32,000 nucleotides of DNA from Bacillus subtilis subsp. subtilis str. 168 (GTDB taxonomy: Bacteria; Bacillota; Bacilli; Bacillales; Bacillaceae). Shown here in pieces: positions 7,715 through 16,271 of the stretch. How positions within the stretch are numbered: position 1 is the first letter of the stretch; every line of letters starts with the position of its first letter. Both the position numbers and the translations under genes were made by a program. The stretch covers positions 780,001 through 812,000 of the forward strand of contig NC_000964.3 of assembly GCF_000009045.1 (NCBI RefSeq), given 5' to 3'. The notes under the pieces are model-generated. The model ran no database searches, was not told the origin of the DNA, and saw only the letters and a program-made list of their open reading frames with translations.

Positions 7715-7882
7715 TTGGTTTCTAAATCAACGATTGATCCGGAAGTGATTGAAAAAATCATCAGCTCGCTGGAAACACTCGATTTCGGCACGGTTCAGAT
7801 TACGGTTCATGATTCTCAGATTACCCAAATTGAGAAAATAGAAAAGCACCGTTTTTCGCTGAAAAGGAAAGAATCAAAATGA
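7715..7882 (+). CDS. yezD: YezD, small DUF2292-type protein
   Basis: Not in the ORF track. TTG start after GGGGGGAAGG; encodes MVSKSTIDPEVIEKIISSLETLDFGTVQITVHDSQITQIEKIEKHRFSLKRKESK (55 aa), typical of YezD/DUF2292 proteins. Confidence 0.82.
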   Translation: MVSKSTIDPEVIEKIISSLETLDFGTVQITVHDSQITQIEKIEKHRFSLKRKESK

Positions 7883-7991
7883 TAATGTAAAGGGCGTTTG
7901 TTTTCATTAAATTCTCCTTAAAACATATACATATTTCATCCAATTTTTATATAATAGACCTTTAAGATCATTTTTTAGGAGGATTTTTGAC

Positions 7992-8636
7992 ATGCAAGCT
8001 ACGGTTCACGAGAGTAAGCAATCGATCATGCAACGCATTTTGACAGTCTTTGTCTTCACATTGCTGATCGCGACTGTCGGCCTTTTTATCGGCCAATTTG
8101 TTCCTGTCGCTTTGATGCTGCCGCTTTCTATTCTTGAAGTGGCGATGATTATTCTGGCCTTCTGGATGCGCAGAAGAAAAGCGGTCGGGTATGCGTTTGT
8201 ATATACATTCGCGTTCGTTTCCGGCATTACCTTATTTCCGATCGTCAGCCATTACGCTTCCATCGCCGGCGCCTATGTCGTGCTCGAAGCCTTTGGCTCT
8301 ACATTTGTCATTTTTGCCGTCTTGGGCACAATCGGCGCAAAAATGAAGAAGGATTTATCCTTCCTGTGGTCGTTTCTGCTGGTTGCGGTGCTCGCACTCG
8401 CAGTGGTAGGGATTTTCAACATTTTCAGCCCGTTAAACTCAGCGGCGATGATGGCGTATTCCGTGATCGGAACCATCGTCTTTTCCCTTTACATTTTGTA
8501 TGATTTGAACCAAATCAAGCACCGCCACATTACGGAAGACTTGATTCCGGTTATGGCGTTATCGCTGTACCTAGACTTTATCAACTTGTTCATCAACCTG
8601 CTCCGCTTCTTCGGCATTTTGAGCAGTGATGATTAA
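7992..8636 (+). CDS. yetJ: YetJ, TMBIM/Bax-inhibitor-1 family membrane protein
   Basis: 214 aa with seven hydrophobic segments and the typical Bax-inhibitor C-terminus (FSLYILYDLNQIKHRHITEDLIPVMALSLYLDFINLFINLLRFFG). Confidence 0.93.
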   Translation: MQATVHESKQSIMQRILTVFVFTLLIATVGLFIGQFVPVALMLPLSILEVAMIILAFWMRRRKAVGYAFVYTFAFVSGITLFPIVSHYASIAGAYVVLEAFGSTFVIFAVLGTIGAKMKKDLSFLWSFLLVAVLALAVVGIFNIFSPLNSAAMMAYSVIGTIVFSLYILYDLNQIKHRHITEDLIPVMALSLYLDFINLFINLLRFFGILSSDD

Positions 8637-9628
8637 TGAAAAAGCGTCTGTCATTGGATAGGCGCTTTTTGCCATACATCAAAAAGGCAGGTGGAGTATT
8701 GGTGAAAAAACAAATGGGCGCATATGTATCTCTGGCAGCAGCTATGGCGATCGTCGGCAGTTCTGTCGTTGTCGGCAAGCTGATGGTCGAACGGATTCCG
8801 GTCTTTCTTTCCTCAGGATTGCGTTTTTTGATCGCTTCTGTCGTATTGCTCATGCTGCTGTTTTGCATTGAAAAAGGGTTTCCGGCTTTGACGAAAAAAG
8901 ATGTGTTCGTATTACTGGTGCAATCATTCACAGGCGTGTTTTTGTTCAGTATTTGCCTGCTGTATGGGGTTCAATATACGACGGGAACGGAAAGCGGCAT
9001 TTTGACAAGCACAACCCCCATGTTGATCGGTATTTTATCCTTTTTCCTGCTGAGAGAAAAAATTGAGAAAAAGACGCTGATCGGCATTTTGCTGGCGGTT
9101 TGCGGCGTAATGGCGATTAATTTGTTTGGAGCCGGGAGCCAAGACGGGACGCCGCACGCCTTATTCGGGAACATGCTGATCATTGCTGCAGTCATTGGCG
9201 AAGCGTTGTTTACATTGATGGCCAAGCTGCTATCCCCGCATATTTCGGCACTGGCGATTTCGACCTTCGTATCGCTCTTCGGCTTCCTGTTTTTTCTCCC
9301 GTTTGCTTTGTTTGAGGCCTCTTCATTTGATTACAGCGTGCCGACTGTTTTGGATTGGTCGTATGTGCTGTATTACGCGCTTTTTGTCACTGTTTTGGCG
9401 TTTTACTTATGGTATAGCGGGGTGACGAAGGTGCCGGCGGGTGTATCGGGCATTTTCACATCCGTTCTTCCGGTCTCAGCTGTCATTTTGTCAGGCGTGA
9501 TATTGAAGGAGCCATTTGAGTTTGTGCATTTCATCGGCATTGCATGTGTCATCGGCGGCATATTTGTTACGGTCATAAAGAAAAAACAGCCGGATGCGTA
9601 TCCGGCTGCAGAAGAAAAGACGCTATAG
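8636..9628 (+). CDS. yetK: YetK, EamA/DMT-family transporter
   Basis: 330 aa from ATG 8636, with EamA duplicated 5-TM domains (SGLRFLIASVVLLMLLFC...YVLYYALFVTVLAFYLWYSGVTKVPAGVSGIFTSVLPVSAVILSG). A shorter start at GTG 8702 is also plausible. Confidence 0.88.
   Translation: MKKRLSLDRRFLPYIKKAGGVLVKKQMGAYVSLAAAMAIVGSSVVVGKLMVERIPVFLSSGLRFLIASVVLLMLLFCIEKGFPALTKKDVFVLLVQSFTGVFLFSICLLYGVQYTTGTESGILTSTTPMLIGILSFFLLREKIEKKTLIGILLAVCGVMAINLFGAGSQDGTPHALFGNMLIIAAVIGEALFTLMAKLLSPHISALAISTFVSLFGFLFFLPFALFEASSFDYSVPTVLDWSYVLYYALFVTVLAFYLWYSGVTKVPAGVSGIFTSVLPVSAVILSGVILKEPFEFVHFIGIACVIGGIFVTVIKKKQPDAYPAAEEKTL
8639..8670 (+). terminator. Rho-independent terminator after yetJ, overlapping the annotated-style yetK 5' end
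   Basis: 14-bp stem AAAAAGCGTCTGTC/GATAGGCGCTTTTT (two GU pairs) with a 4-nt loop, ending in a T run. Confidence 0.75.
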
Positions 9629-9653
9629 CCTGTCCGGATCGGACGGGTTTTTT
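9629..9653 (+). terminator. Rho-independent terminator after yetK
   Basis: CCTGTCCG GAT CGGACGGG followed by TTTTTT. Confidence 0.8.
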
Positions 9654-10155
9654 AGTCTTTAAACACGCTCAGCCTTTCAAAAAGATCACCAAGCATCTTC
9701 ACGAACATGTCTTTTTCCTCGTCGCTGTAGTTTTCCATGACAGCGGATATTTTGCTGAAATGGCCGGGCAGAAATTGCTCCAGGCGTGCTTTGCCTTCTG
9801 TTGTCAGTTCAATGCTGATTTTTCGTTTATCCTCTGTGTGATGCCTGCGGCTGACAAAACCGTCTCTCGCCAGCCCGTCTAGCAGGCCTGTAATTGTTGC
9901 TTTCGTGACATTTGACCGCTTGGCAAGCTCTGTCGGACTTAACCTATGATCCTTGGCATCAAAGAGCAGCATCAGGATTTTGAATTTTCCTTCTGAAAGC
10001 CCTCGGCCAGCAAAGTAATGCTCCATCACATGATTCATTTTTTTTGAAATATCAAAAAGAGATAAAAACAATTCAAGAGAGCCGGCGTCAATATTGGCAT
10101 ACGTTTCGGCGTGCTCTGTTATATGCTTATATTTCGGTAAATGTTTTAATTCCAT
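9652..10155 (-). CDS. yetL: YetL, MarR-family transcriptional repressor
   Basis: 167 aa with a MarR winged-helix (LSPTELAKRSNVTKATITGLLDGLARDGFVSRRHHTEDKRKISIELT), divergent from yetM. Confidence 0.92.
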   Translation of the reverse strand: MELKHLPKYKHITEHAETYANIDAGSLELFLSLFDISKKMNHVMEHYFAGRGLSEGKFKILMLLFDAKDHRLSPTELAKRSNVTKATITGLLDGLARDGFVSRRHHTEDKRKISIELTTEGKARLEQFLPGHFSKISAVMENYSDEEKDMFVKMLGDLFERLSVFKD

Positions 10156-10267
10156 CGCAATTAGCTCCCGTACATTCGTTGTGACACGATTATAAAGGAG
10201 GGAAAACCATAACGCAACTTGGCTTGGAGATGATTGACAGCTTTTCTTGGGACATAGTAAGGTAATA

Positions 10268-10285
10268 TAGTTAGGCGCCTAACTA
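10268..10285. promoter_or_regulatory. YetL operator upstream of yetM
   Basis: Perfect 18-bp palindrome TAGTTAGGCGCCTAACTA about 33 bp upstream of the yetM start, matching the YetL operator described in the literature as I recall it. Confidence 0.85.
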
Positions 10286-10317
10286 ATACATATAGAGCTG
10301 AAAAGGTGGTTATTGAT

Positions 10318-11427
10318 ATGAAACATATGTTAATAGCAGGAGGCGGAATCGGCGGCTTGTCAGCGGCCATTTCTCTCCGTAAGGCAGGGTTTTCCGTCAC
10401 CTTATGTGAAGCGGCTTCAGAAAATCGAAAAACAGGTGCGGGGATTCTTCAGCCGCAAAACGCACTGGCGGTGTTGAAAGAACTGGGCGTATTCGAAGAT
10501 TGCTGTAAGCACGGCTTTCAAACAGAATGGTTTAAAACGTTTGATGAACAGGGGAATTTGCTGTTTCAAGTCAGTGAATCCTTTTTAGACGATTCACTTC
10601 CGGGACGCAATAATATCCTGCGCAAAACGTTAAATGACATTCTCATGAAGCATGCCGAGGCAGTGGGTGTAGACATCAAGTGGGGGAAAAAGGTTGTCGC
10701 CTATGAAGAAACTGCTGAATCGGTCACTGCCTTATGTGAAGATGGAGAAAAGATGCAGGCTGACATTCTGGCGGGCTTTGACGGCATTCACTCCGTTGTT
10801 CGTGATAAGATGCTGCAAAAGGAAACGGAAAAAGAGCATCTCGGCATGGGAGCGTGGCGCTTTTATATCGAACTTCCTGATTACACATTCGAGGACGCAA
10901 CATTCATGTATAGAAGCGGAGACACACAAATCGGGGTGGTGCCATTGGCACAACACGCTGGCTATGTCTTCGTCCTCCAGCCTTGCACGAGCGATTACTG
11001 GGATGAGGAAGATACCCGGTTTGATAGAGTAAAAGAGATTCTTTCTGGTTTTCGGGGGCTGGATTTTGTCACAAAGCACATGTCAAAACAGCATCCTGTC
11101 ATCTTTAACAAACTGGAGCAGGTCGCCGTGCAGGAGCCATGGCATAAAGGCCGCGTCATCATCGGAGGAGACGCCGCCCACGCCGGTGCGCCAACCCTGG
11201 CACAAGGAGCGGCAATGGCGATCGAGGATGCCATCGTCCTCGCCGAAGAACTCCAAAACCACGCCGACCACGAAACAGCATTACAGGCGTACTATAAAAG
11301 AAGAGCCCCACGAGCGCTCAAAGTCCAGAACCTATCATCTGAAATCGTCCGCCGCAGGCTGAAAGGAGAGCCGGGAGCGGAAGAACTGATTGGGGAGTGC
11401 TATGCGGTGTTGAGGGAAGGGTATTAA
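10318..11427 (+). CDS. yetM: YetM, FAD-dependent aromatic monooxygenase
   Basis: Start trimmed from 10306 to ATG 10318 (RBS AAAAGGTGG). N-terminal FAD motif (MLIAGGGIGGLSAAISLRKAGFSVTLCE), DG motif and GD motif (VIIGGDAAHAGAPTLAQGAAMAIEDA). Confidence 0.92.
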   Translation: MKHMLIAGGGIGGLSAAISLRKAGFSVTLCEAASENRKTGAGILQPQNALAVLKELGVFEDCCKHGFQTEWFKTFDEQGNLLFQVSESFLDDSLPGRNNILRKTLNDILMKHAEAVGVDIKWGKKVVAYEETAESVTALCEDGEKMQADILAGFDGIHSVVRDKMLQKETEKEHLGMGAWRFYIELPDYTFEDATFMYRSGDTQIGVVPLAQHAGYVFVLQPCTSDYWDEEDTRFDRVKEILSGFRGLDFVTKHMSKQHPVIFNKLEQVAVQEPWHKGRVIIGGDAAHAGAPTLAQGAAMAIEDAIVLAEELQNHADHETALQAYYKRRAPRALKVQNLSSEIVRRRLKGEPGAEELIGECYAVLREGY

Positions 11428-11432
11428 ATAGG

Positions 11433-11463
11433 AAAAGTCCAGAAAGTGATTTCTGGACTTTTT
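11433..11463. terminator. Bidirectional terminator between convergent yetM and yetN
   Basis: AAAAGTCCAGAAA GTGA TTTCTGGACTTTT perfect 13-bp stem. Confidence 0.88.
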
Positions 11464-12532
11464 AGTCTTGCTCTGTTTTATTCCTTATCCGCTCAATCAC
11501 CTCATGCAGCCCCTCAGGCTTATAAAACTCCACCGGTGAACTGCCTTTCTCAAACGAAATCGTCTCGGCTTCAATCAGCGCGACATAGCGCCCGTTTACT
11601 TTTGCGAGATGAATAGAATCGCCAAAATCCGCTAGCAATCCCTTAATCTCTGTTTCTCCGACTTTCATTTTCAGCTGGGCCTCTGGCGTGTGCTCGATGA
11701 TTTGGGCGGAGGCTTCGATGACTTGATGGGTGTCGAGGCGCTCTTGGATTTCCCGTTTTTCGCTTGCTTCCCAAATCTCAATGTCGTGCTCGAACTGCTT
11801 GAGTTCTTCGCTGTTGTCTTCAAATGTCTCGTAGACGTGCTCTTGTACCATGTTCATGACCTGATTTTTCATGATTTCTGGCATCGATTCTCCGTACTCG
11901 ACGAATTTCAGAAAGTCCTCAAAATAGCGGGCGTGCGAGGCCTGGTGGATTTTCAGTTCACCTTCCTCGACCATTCCTTCCTCTGGCATGTACGGGTATT
12001 GGATGCTTTTCATGTTTTTTGTCGTGATCGCCATTTCGACTTTTTTAATGAGAGAAGACGCGTCAGAGATGCGGGCGACCTTCGGCTCAAAATCACATTT
12101 CATAATGAAGACAAATGACTCATCAAAGTATTTTCTCGGCACGGCCGAAGCGACGAGAAACACGCCGCCGCGAACCGCGCTTGTGTCAAGGTACGTGCGG
12201 ACGAACTGCTCGCTCAGCTCATTGAAGTCTTCTTTTGTTTCCGCCAGACGCGCGCGGTTGAACATGTTGTAGTTTGGGTTGGAATCGAGCTCGTGGCCGG
12301 GCTCGACGATAAAATGGCCGATTTTCGTCGGCACCTGCTCGGACTGCGGATGGCGGTCGGCTTTCCGTTTAACGATTTTTTTCAGTTCCCCGTCGAGAAA
12401 GTCCTTCAGCTCGCTTTCTTCAAATTCTCCCGTATCAAGGGTCTGGAAGTGCTTGAACTGCTTGTTCGCCTGCTCATCTTTGCCTTCCACCTGTATGACA
12501 TAAAAGGATAAAAACCGAATTTCAAAATCCAT
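11462..12532 (-). CDS. yetN: YetN, uncharacterised protein
   Basis: Long codon-rich ORF of 356 aa from ATG 12532 (MDFEIRFLSFYVIQVEGKDEQ). The track start at 12544 adds four doubtful codons. Confidence 0.85.
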   Translation of the reverse strand: MDFEIRFLSFYVIQVEGKDEQANKQFKHFQTLDTGEFEESELKDFLDGELKKIVKRKADRHPQSEQVPTKIGHFIVEPGHELDSNPNYNMFNRARLAETKEDFNELSEQFVRTYLDTSAVRGGVFLVASAVPRKYFDESFVFIMKCDFEPKVARISDASSLIKKVEMAITTKNMKSIQYPYMPEEGMVEEGELKIHQASHARYFEDFLKFVEYGESMPEIMKNQVMNMVQEHVYETFEDNSEELKQFEHDIEIWEASEKREIQERLDTHQVIEASAQIIEHTPEAQLKMKVGETEIKGLLADFGDSIHLAKVNGRYVALIEAETISFEKGSSPVEFYKPEGLHEVIERIRNKTEQD

Positions 12533-12681
12533 ATATAAACTCACCTTATTCGCGTATTGTACAGCTTCTCAAGTATAGAAAAAACAGCGATCATGCGTCA
12601 ATTGGGAGAACGGAATAATCATGACCATGAAAGGGAAATGTAGTCAAATAGAAGGCATTTCATACGGAAAGGAATGGTTCG

Positions 12682-15600
12682 ATGAAGGAAACAAGCCCGA
12701 TTCCTCAGCCGAAGACGTTTGGGCCGCTCGGCAATTTGCCTTTAATTGATAAAGACAAACCGACGCTTTCGCTGATCAAACTGGCGGAAGAACAGGGCCC
12801 GATTTTTCAAATCCATACACCCGCGGGCACGACCATTGTAGTGTCCGGCCATGAATTGGTGAAAGAGGTTTGTGATGAAGAACGGTTTGATAAAAGCATT
12901 GAAGGCGCCTTGGAAAAGGTTCGCGCATTTTCCGGTGACGGATTGTTTACGAGCTGGACGCATGAGCCTAACTGGAGAAAAGCGCACAACATTCTGATGC
13001 CGACGTTCAGCCAGCGGGCCATGAAGGACTATCATGAGAAAATGGTCGATATCGCTGTTCAGCTCATTCAAAAATGGGCAAGGCTCAACCCGAATGAAGC
13101 AGTCGATGTCCCGGGAGATATGACCCGGCTGACGCTCGACACCATTGGGCTATGCGGGTTTAACTACCGCTTTAACAGTTACTACAGAGAAACGCCCCAC
13201 CCGTTTATCAACAGCATGGTGCGGGCGCTTGATGAAGCGATGCATCAAATGCAGCGGCTTGATGTTCAAGATAAGCTTATGGTCAGAACAAAGCGGCAAT
13301 TCCGCTATGATATTCAAACGATGTTTTCGTTAGTCGACAGCATTATTGCAGAGCGCAGGGCGAATGGAGACCAGGATGAAAAAGATTTGCTCGCCCGCAT
13401 GCTGAATGTGGAAGATCCGGAAACTGGTGAAAAGCTCGACGACGAAAATATCCGCTTTCAGATCATCACGTTTTTGATTGCCGGCCATGAAACAACGAGC
13501 GGCCTGCTTTCCTTTGCGACTTACTTTTTATTGAAGCATCCTGACAAACTGAAAAAGGCGTATGAAGAGGTCGATCGGGTGCTGACGGATGCAGCGCCGA
13601 CCTATAAACAAGTGCTGGAGCTTACATACATACGGATGATTTTAAATGAATCACTGCGCTTATGGCCGACAGCTCCGGCTTTCAGCCTTTATCCAAAAGA
13701 AGACACAGTCATTGGCGGAAAATTTCCGATCACGACGAATGACAGAATTTCTGTGCTGATTCCGCAGCTTCATCGTGATCGAGACGCTTGGGGAAAGGAC
13801 GCAGAAGAATTCCGGCCGGAACGGTTTGAGCATCAGGACCAAGTGCCTCATCATGCGTACAAACCATTCGGAAATGGACAACGGGCCTGTATCGGCATGC
13901 AGTTTGCCCTTCATGAAGCCACACTTGTGTTAGGCATGATTCTAAAATATTTCACATTGATTGATCATGAGAATTATGAGCTTGATATCAAACAAACCTT
14001 AACACTTAAGCCGGGCGATTTTCACATCAGTGTTCAAAGCCGTCATCAGGAAGCCATTCATGCAGACGTCCAGGCAGCTGAAAAAGCCGCGCCTGATGAG
14101 CAAAAGGAGAAAACGGAAGCAAAGGGTGCATCGGTCATCGGTCTTAACAACCGCCCGCTTCTCGTGCTGTACGGCTCAGATACCGGCACCGCAGAAGGCG
14201 TCGCCCGGGAGCTTGCTGATACTGCCAGTCTTCACGGCGTAAGGACAAAGACAGCACCTCTGAACGACCGGATTGGAAAGCTGCCGAAAGAGGGAGCGGT
14301 TGTCATTGTGACCTCGTCTTATAATGGAAAGCCGCCAAGCAATGCCGGACAATTCGTGCAGTGGCTTCAAGAAATCAAACCGGGTGAGCTTGAGGGCGTC
14401 CATTACGCGGTATTTGGCTGCGGCGACCACAACTGGGCGAGCACGTATCAATACGTGCCGAGATTCATTGATGAGCAGCTTGCGGAGAAAGGCGCGACTC
14501 GGTTTTCTGCGCGCGGGGAAGGGGATGTGAGCGGTGATTTTGAAGGGCAGCTTGACGAGTGGAAAAAAAGCATGTGGGCGGATGCCATCAAAGCATTCGG
14601 ACTTGAGCTTAATGAAAACGCTGATAAGGAACGAAGCACGCTGAGCCTTCAGTTTGTCAGAGGGCTGGGCGAGTCTCCGCTCGCTAGATCGTACGAAGCC
14701 TCTCACGCATCCATTGCCGAAAATCGTGAACTCCAGTCCGCAGACAGCGATCGAAGCACTCGCCATATCGAAATTGCATTGCCGCCGGATGTTGAATATC
14801 AAGAGGGCGACCATCTTGGCGTATTGCCAAAAAACAGCCAAACCAATGTCAGCCGGATTCTTCACAGATTCGGTCTGAAGGGAACCGACCAAGTGACATT
14901 GTCGGCAAGCGGCCGCAGTGCGGGGCATCTGCCATTGGGCCGTCCTGTCAGCCTGCATGATCTTCTCAGCTACAGCGTCGAGGTGCAGGAAGCAGCCACA
15001 AGAGCGCAAATACGTGAACTGGCGTCATTTACAGTGTGTCCGCCGCATAGGCGCGAATTAGAAGAACTGTCAGCAGAGGGTGTTTATCAGGAGCAAATAT
15101 TGAAAAAACGAATTTCCATGCTGGATCTGCTTGAAAAGTATGAAGCGTGTGACATGCCGTTTGAACGATTTTTAGAGCTTTTACGGCCGTTAAAACCGAG
15201 ATACTATTCGATTTCAAGCTCTCCAAGAGTGAATCCGCGGCAAGCATCGATCACAGTCGGTGTCGTGCGCGGCCCGGCGTGGAGCGGCCGTGGCGAATAC
15301 AGGGGTGTGGCATCAAATGATTTAGCTGAGCGTCAAGCCGGTGATGATGTCGTGATGTTTATCCGCACACCGGAATCCCGGTTTCAGCTTCCGAAAGACC
15401 CTGAAACGCCAATTATTATGGTCGGGCCAGGCACGGGAGTCGCGCCATTTCGCGGTTTCCTTCAAGCCCGCGATGTTTTAAAGCGGGAGGGCAAAACGCT
15501 CGGTGAGGCTCATCTCTATTTTGGATGCAGGAACGATCGGGATTTTATTTACCGAGATGAGCTTGAGCGGTTTGAAAAAGACGGAATCGTCACTGTCCAC

Positions 15601-15867
15601 ACAGCCTTTTCCCGAAAAGAGGGCATGCCGAAAACATATGTCCAGCATCTCATGGCTGACCAAGCAGATACATTAATATCAATCCTTGACCGCGGTGGCA
15701 GGCTTTATGTATGCGGTGATGGCAGCAAAATGGCCCCGGATGTGGAGGCGGCACTTCAAAAAGCGTATCAGGCTGTCCATGGAACCGGGGAACAAGAAGC
15801 GCAAAACTGGCTGAGACATCTGCAGGATACCGGTATGTACGCTAAGGATGTCTGGGCAGGGATATAG
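12682..15867 (+). CDS. yetO: YetO (CYP102A2), bifunctional fatty-acid P450/NADPH-P450 reductase
   Basis: 1061 aa: P450 domain (AGHETTSG; [18 protein letters not shown] heme-Cys loop), then FMN domain ([17 protein letters not shown]) and FAD/NADPH domain ([10 protein letters not shown]; [15 protein letters not shown]). BM3-type fusion. Confidence 0.96.
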   Translation: MKETSPIPQPKTFGPLGNLPLIDKDKPTLSLIKLAEEQGPIFQIHTPAGTTIVVSGHELVKEVCDEERFDKSIEGALEKVRAFSGDGLFTSWTHEPNWRKAHNILMPTFSQRAMKDYHEKMVDIAVQLIQKWARLNPNEAVDVPGDMTRLTLDTIGLCGFNYRFNSYYRETPHPFINSMVRALDEAMHQMQRLDVQDKLMVRTKRQFRYDIQTMFSLVDSIIAERRANGDQDEKDLLARMLNVEDPETGEKLDDENIRFQIITFLIAGHETTSGLLSFATYFLLKHPDKLKKAYEEVDRVLTDAAPTYKQVLELTYIRMILNESLRLWPTAPAFSLYPKEDTVIGGKFPITTNDRISVLIPQLHRDRDAWGKDAEEFRPERFEHQDQVPHHAYKPFGNGQRACIGMQFALHEATLVLGMILKYFTLIDHENYELDIKQTLTLKPGDFHISVQSRHQEAIHADVQAAEKAAPDEQKEKTEAKGASVIGLNNRPLLVLYGSDTGTAEGVARELADTASLHGVRTKTAPLNDRIGKLPKEGAVVIVTSSYNGKPPSNAGQFVQWLQEIKPGELEGVHYAVFGCGDHNWASTYQYVPRFIDEQLAEKGATRFSARGEGDVSGDFEGQLDEWKKSMWADAIKAFGLELNENADKERSTLSLQFVRGLGESPLARSYEASHASIAENRELQSADSDRSTRHIEIALPPDVEYQEGDHLGVLPKNSQTNVSRILHRFGLKGTDQVTLSASGRSAGHLPLGRPVSLHDLLSYSVEVQEAATRAQIRELASFTVCPPHRRELEELSAEGVYQEQILKKRISMLDLLEKYEACDMPFERFLELLRPLKPRYYSISSSPRVNPRQASITVGVVRGPAWSGRGEYRGVASNDLAERQAGDDVVMFIRTPESRFQLPKDPETPIIMVGPGTGVAPFRGFLQARDVLKREGKTLGEAHLYFGCRNDRDFIYRDELERFEKDGIVTVHTAFSRKEGMPKTYVQHLMADQADTLISILDRGGRLYVCGDGSKMAPDVEAALQKAYQAVHGTGEQEAQNWLRHLQDTGMYAKDVWAGI

Positions 15868-15873
15868 ATAAAG

Positions 15874-15899
15874 AAGACTGGAGACATCCAGTCTTTTTA
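15874..15899 (+). terminator. Rho-independent terminator after yetO
   Basis: AAGACTGG AGACAT CCAGTCTT followed by TTT. Confidence 0.8.
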
Positions 15900-16094
15900 G
15901 TCCTTTCGAAAAAATGGTGATCGCGCTAAACATTGATGCATACAATAACTTCAGTCCGCCGGAAGGGCGGGCTGTCTGCAAAACCTATTTTTCGTTTTTG
16001 CTAGTTTATGTTATTCTTATACTCGGTATCTATTTCTTTTTTCAAAGGCACACATGACAAAAGAAATCCTTTTTTTATTTCCGAGAAAAAAATG

Positions 16095-16121
16095 TGAAAC
16101 GAAATGAAGGTTTCTTTCGTC
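16095..16121 (+). promoter_or_regulatory. ECF-sigma (SigM-type) promoter of ltaSA
   Basis: TGAAAC (16095-16100)-N17-CGTC (16118-16121) about 150 bp upstream of ltaSA. SigM control of this gene is established knowledge. Confidence 0.75.
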
Positions 16122-16271
16122 CAGTGATTGGTTTCCAAATGGTTGTAATAAAAATGATATGGTGCGAAACATAAATATTCCGGCTTGCCGCGGTGTATTT
16201 ATTGTTGTGTGATGCCTTGATTTTGTTTGGAAAGAAGGAATTGGAAGGCAGGATATAAAGAGCAGGTAAAT

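Noticed and set aside
11690-12503. Plus-strand ORFs (11690..12118, 11988..12272, 12279..12503, 12293..12511) antisense to yetN
   Set aside because: Shadow ORFs inside yetN with no independent start context or recognisable domain. yetN itself has the stronger coding signal.
14176-15009. 277-aa ORF antisense to yetO
   Set aside because: Lies wholly within a strongly supported P450-reductase CDS, has low-complexity unconvincing protein content, and shows no RBS or terminator.
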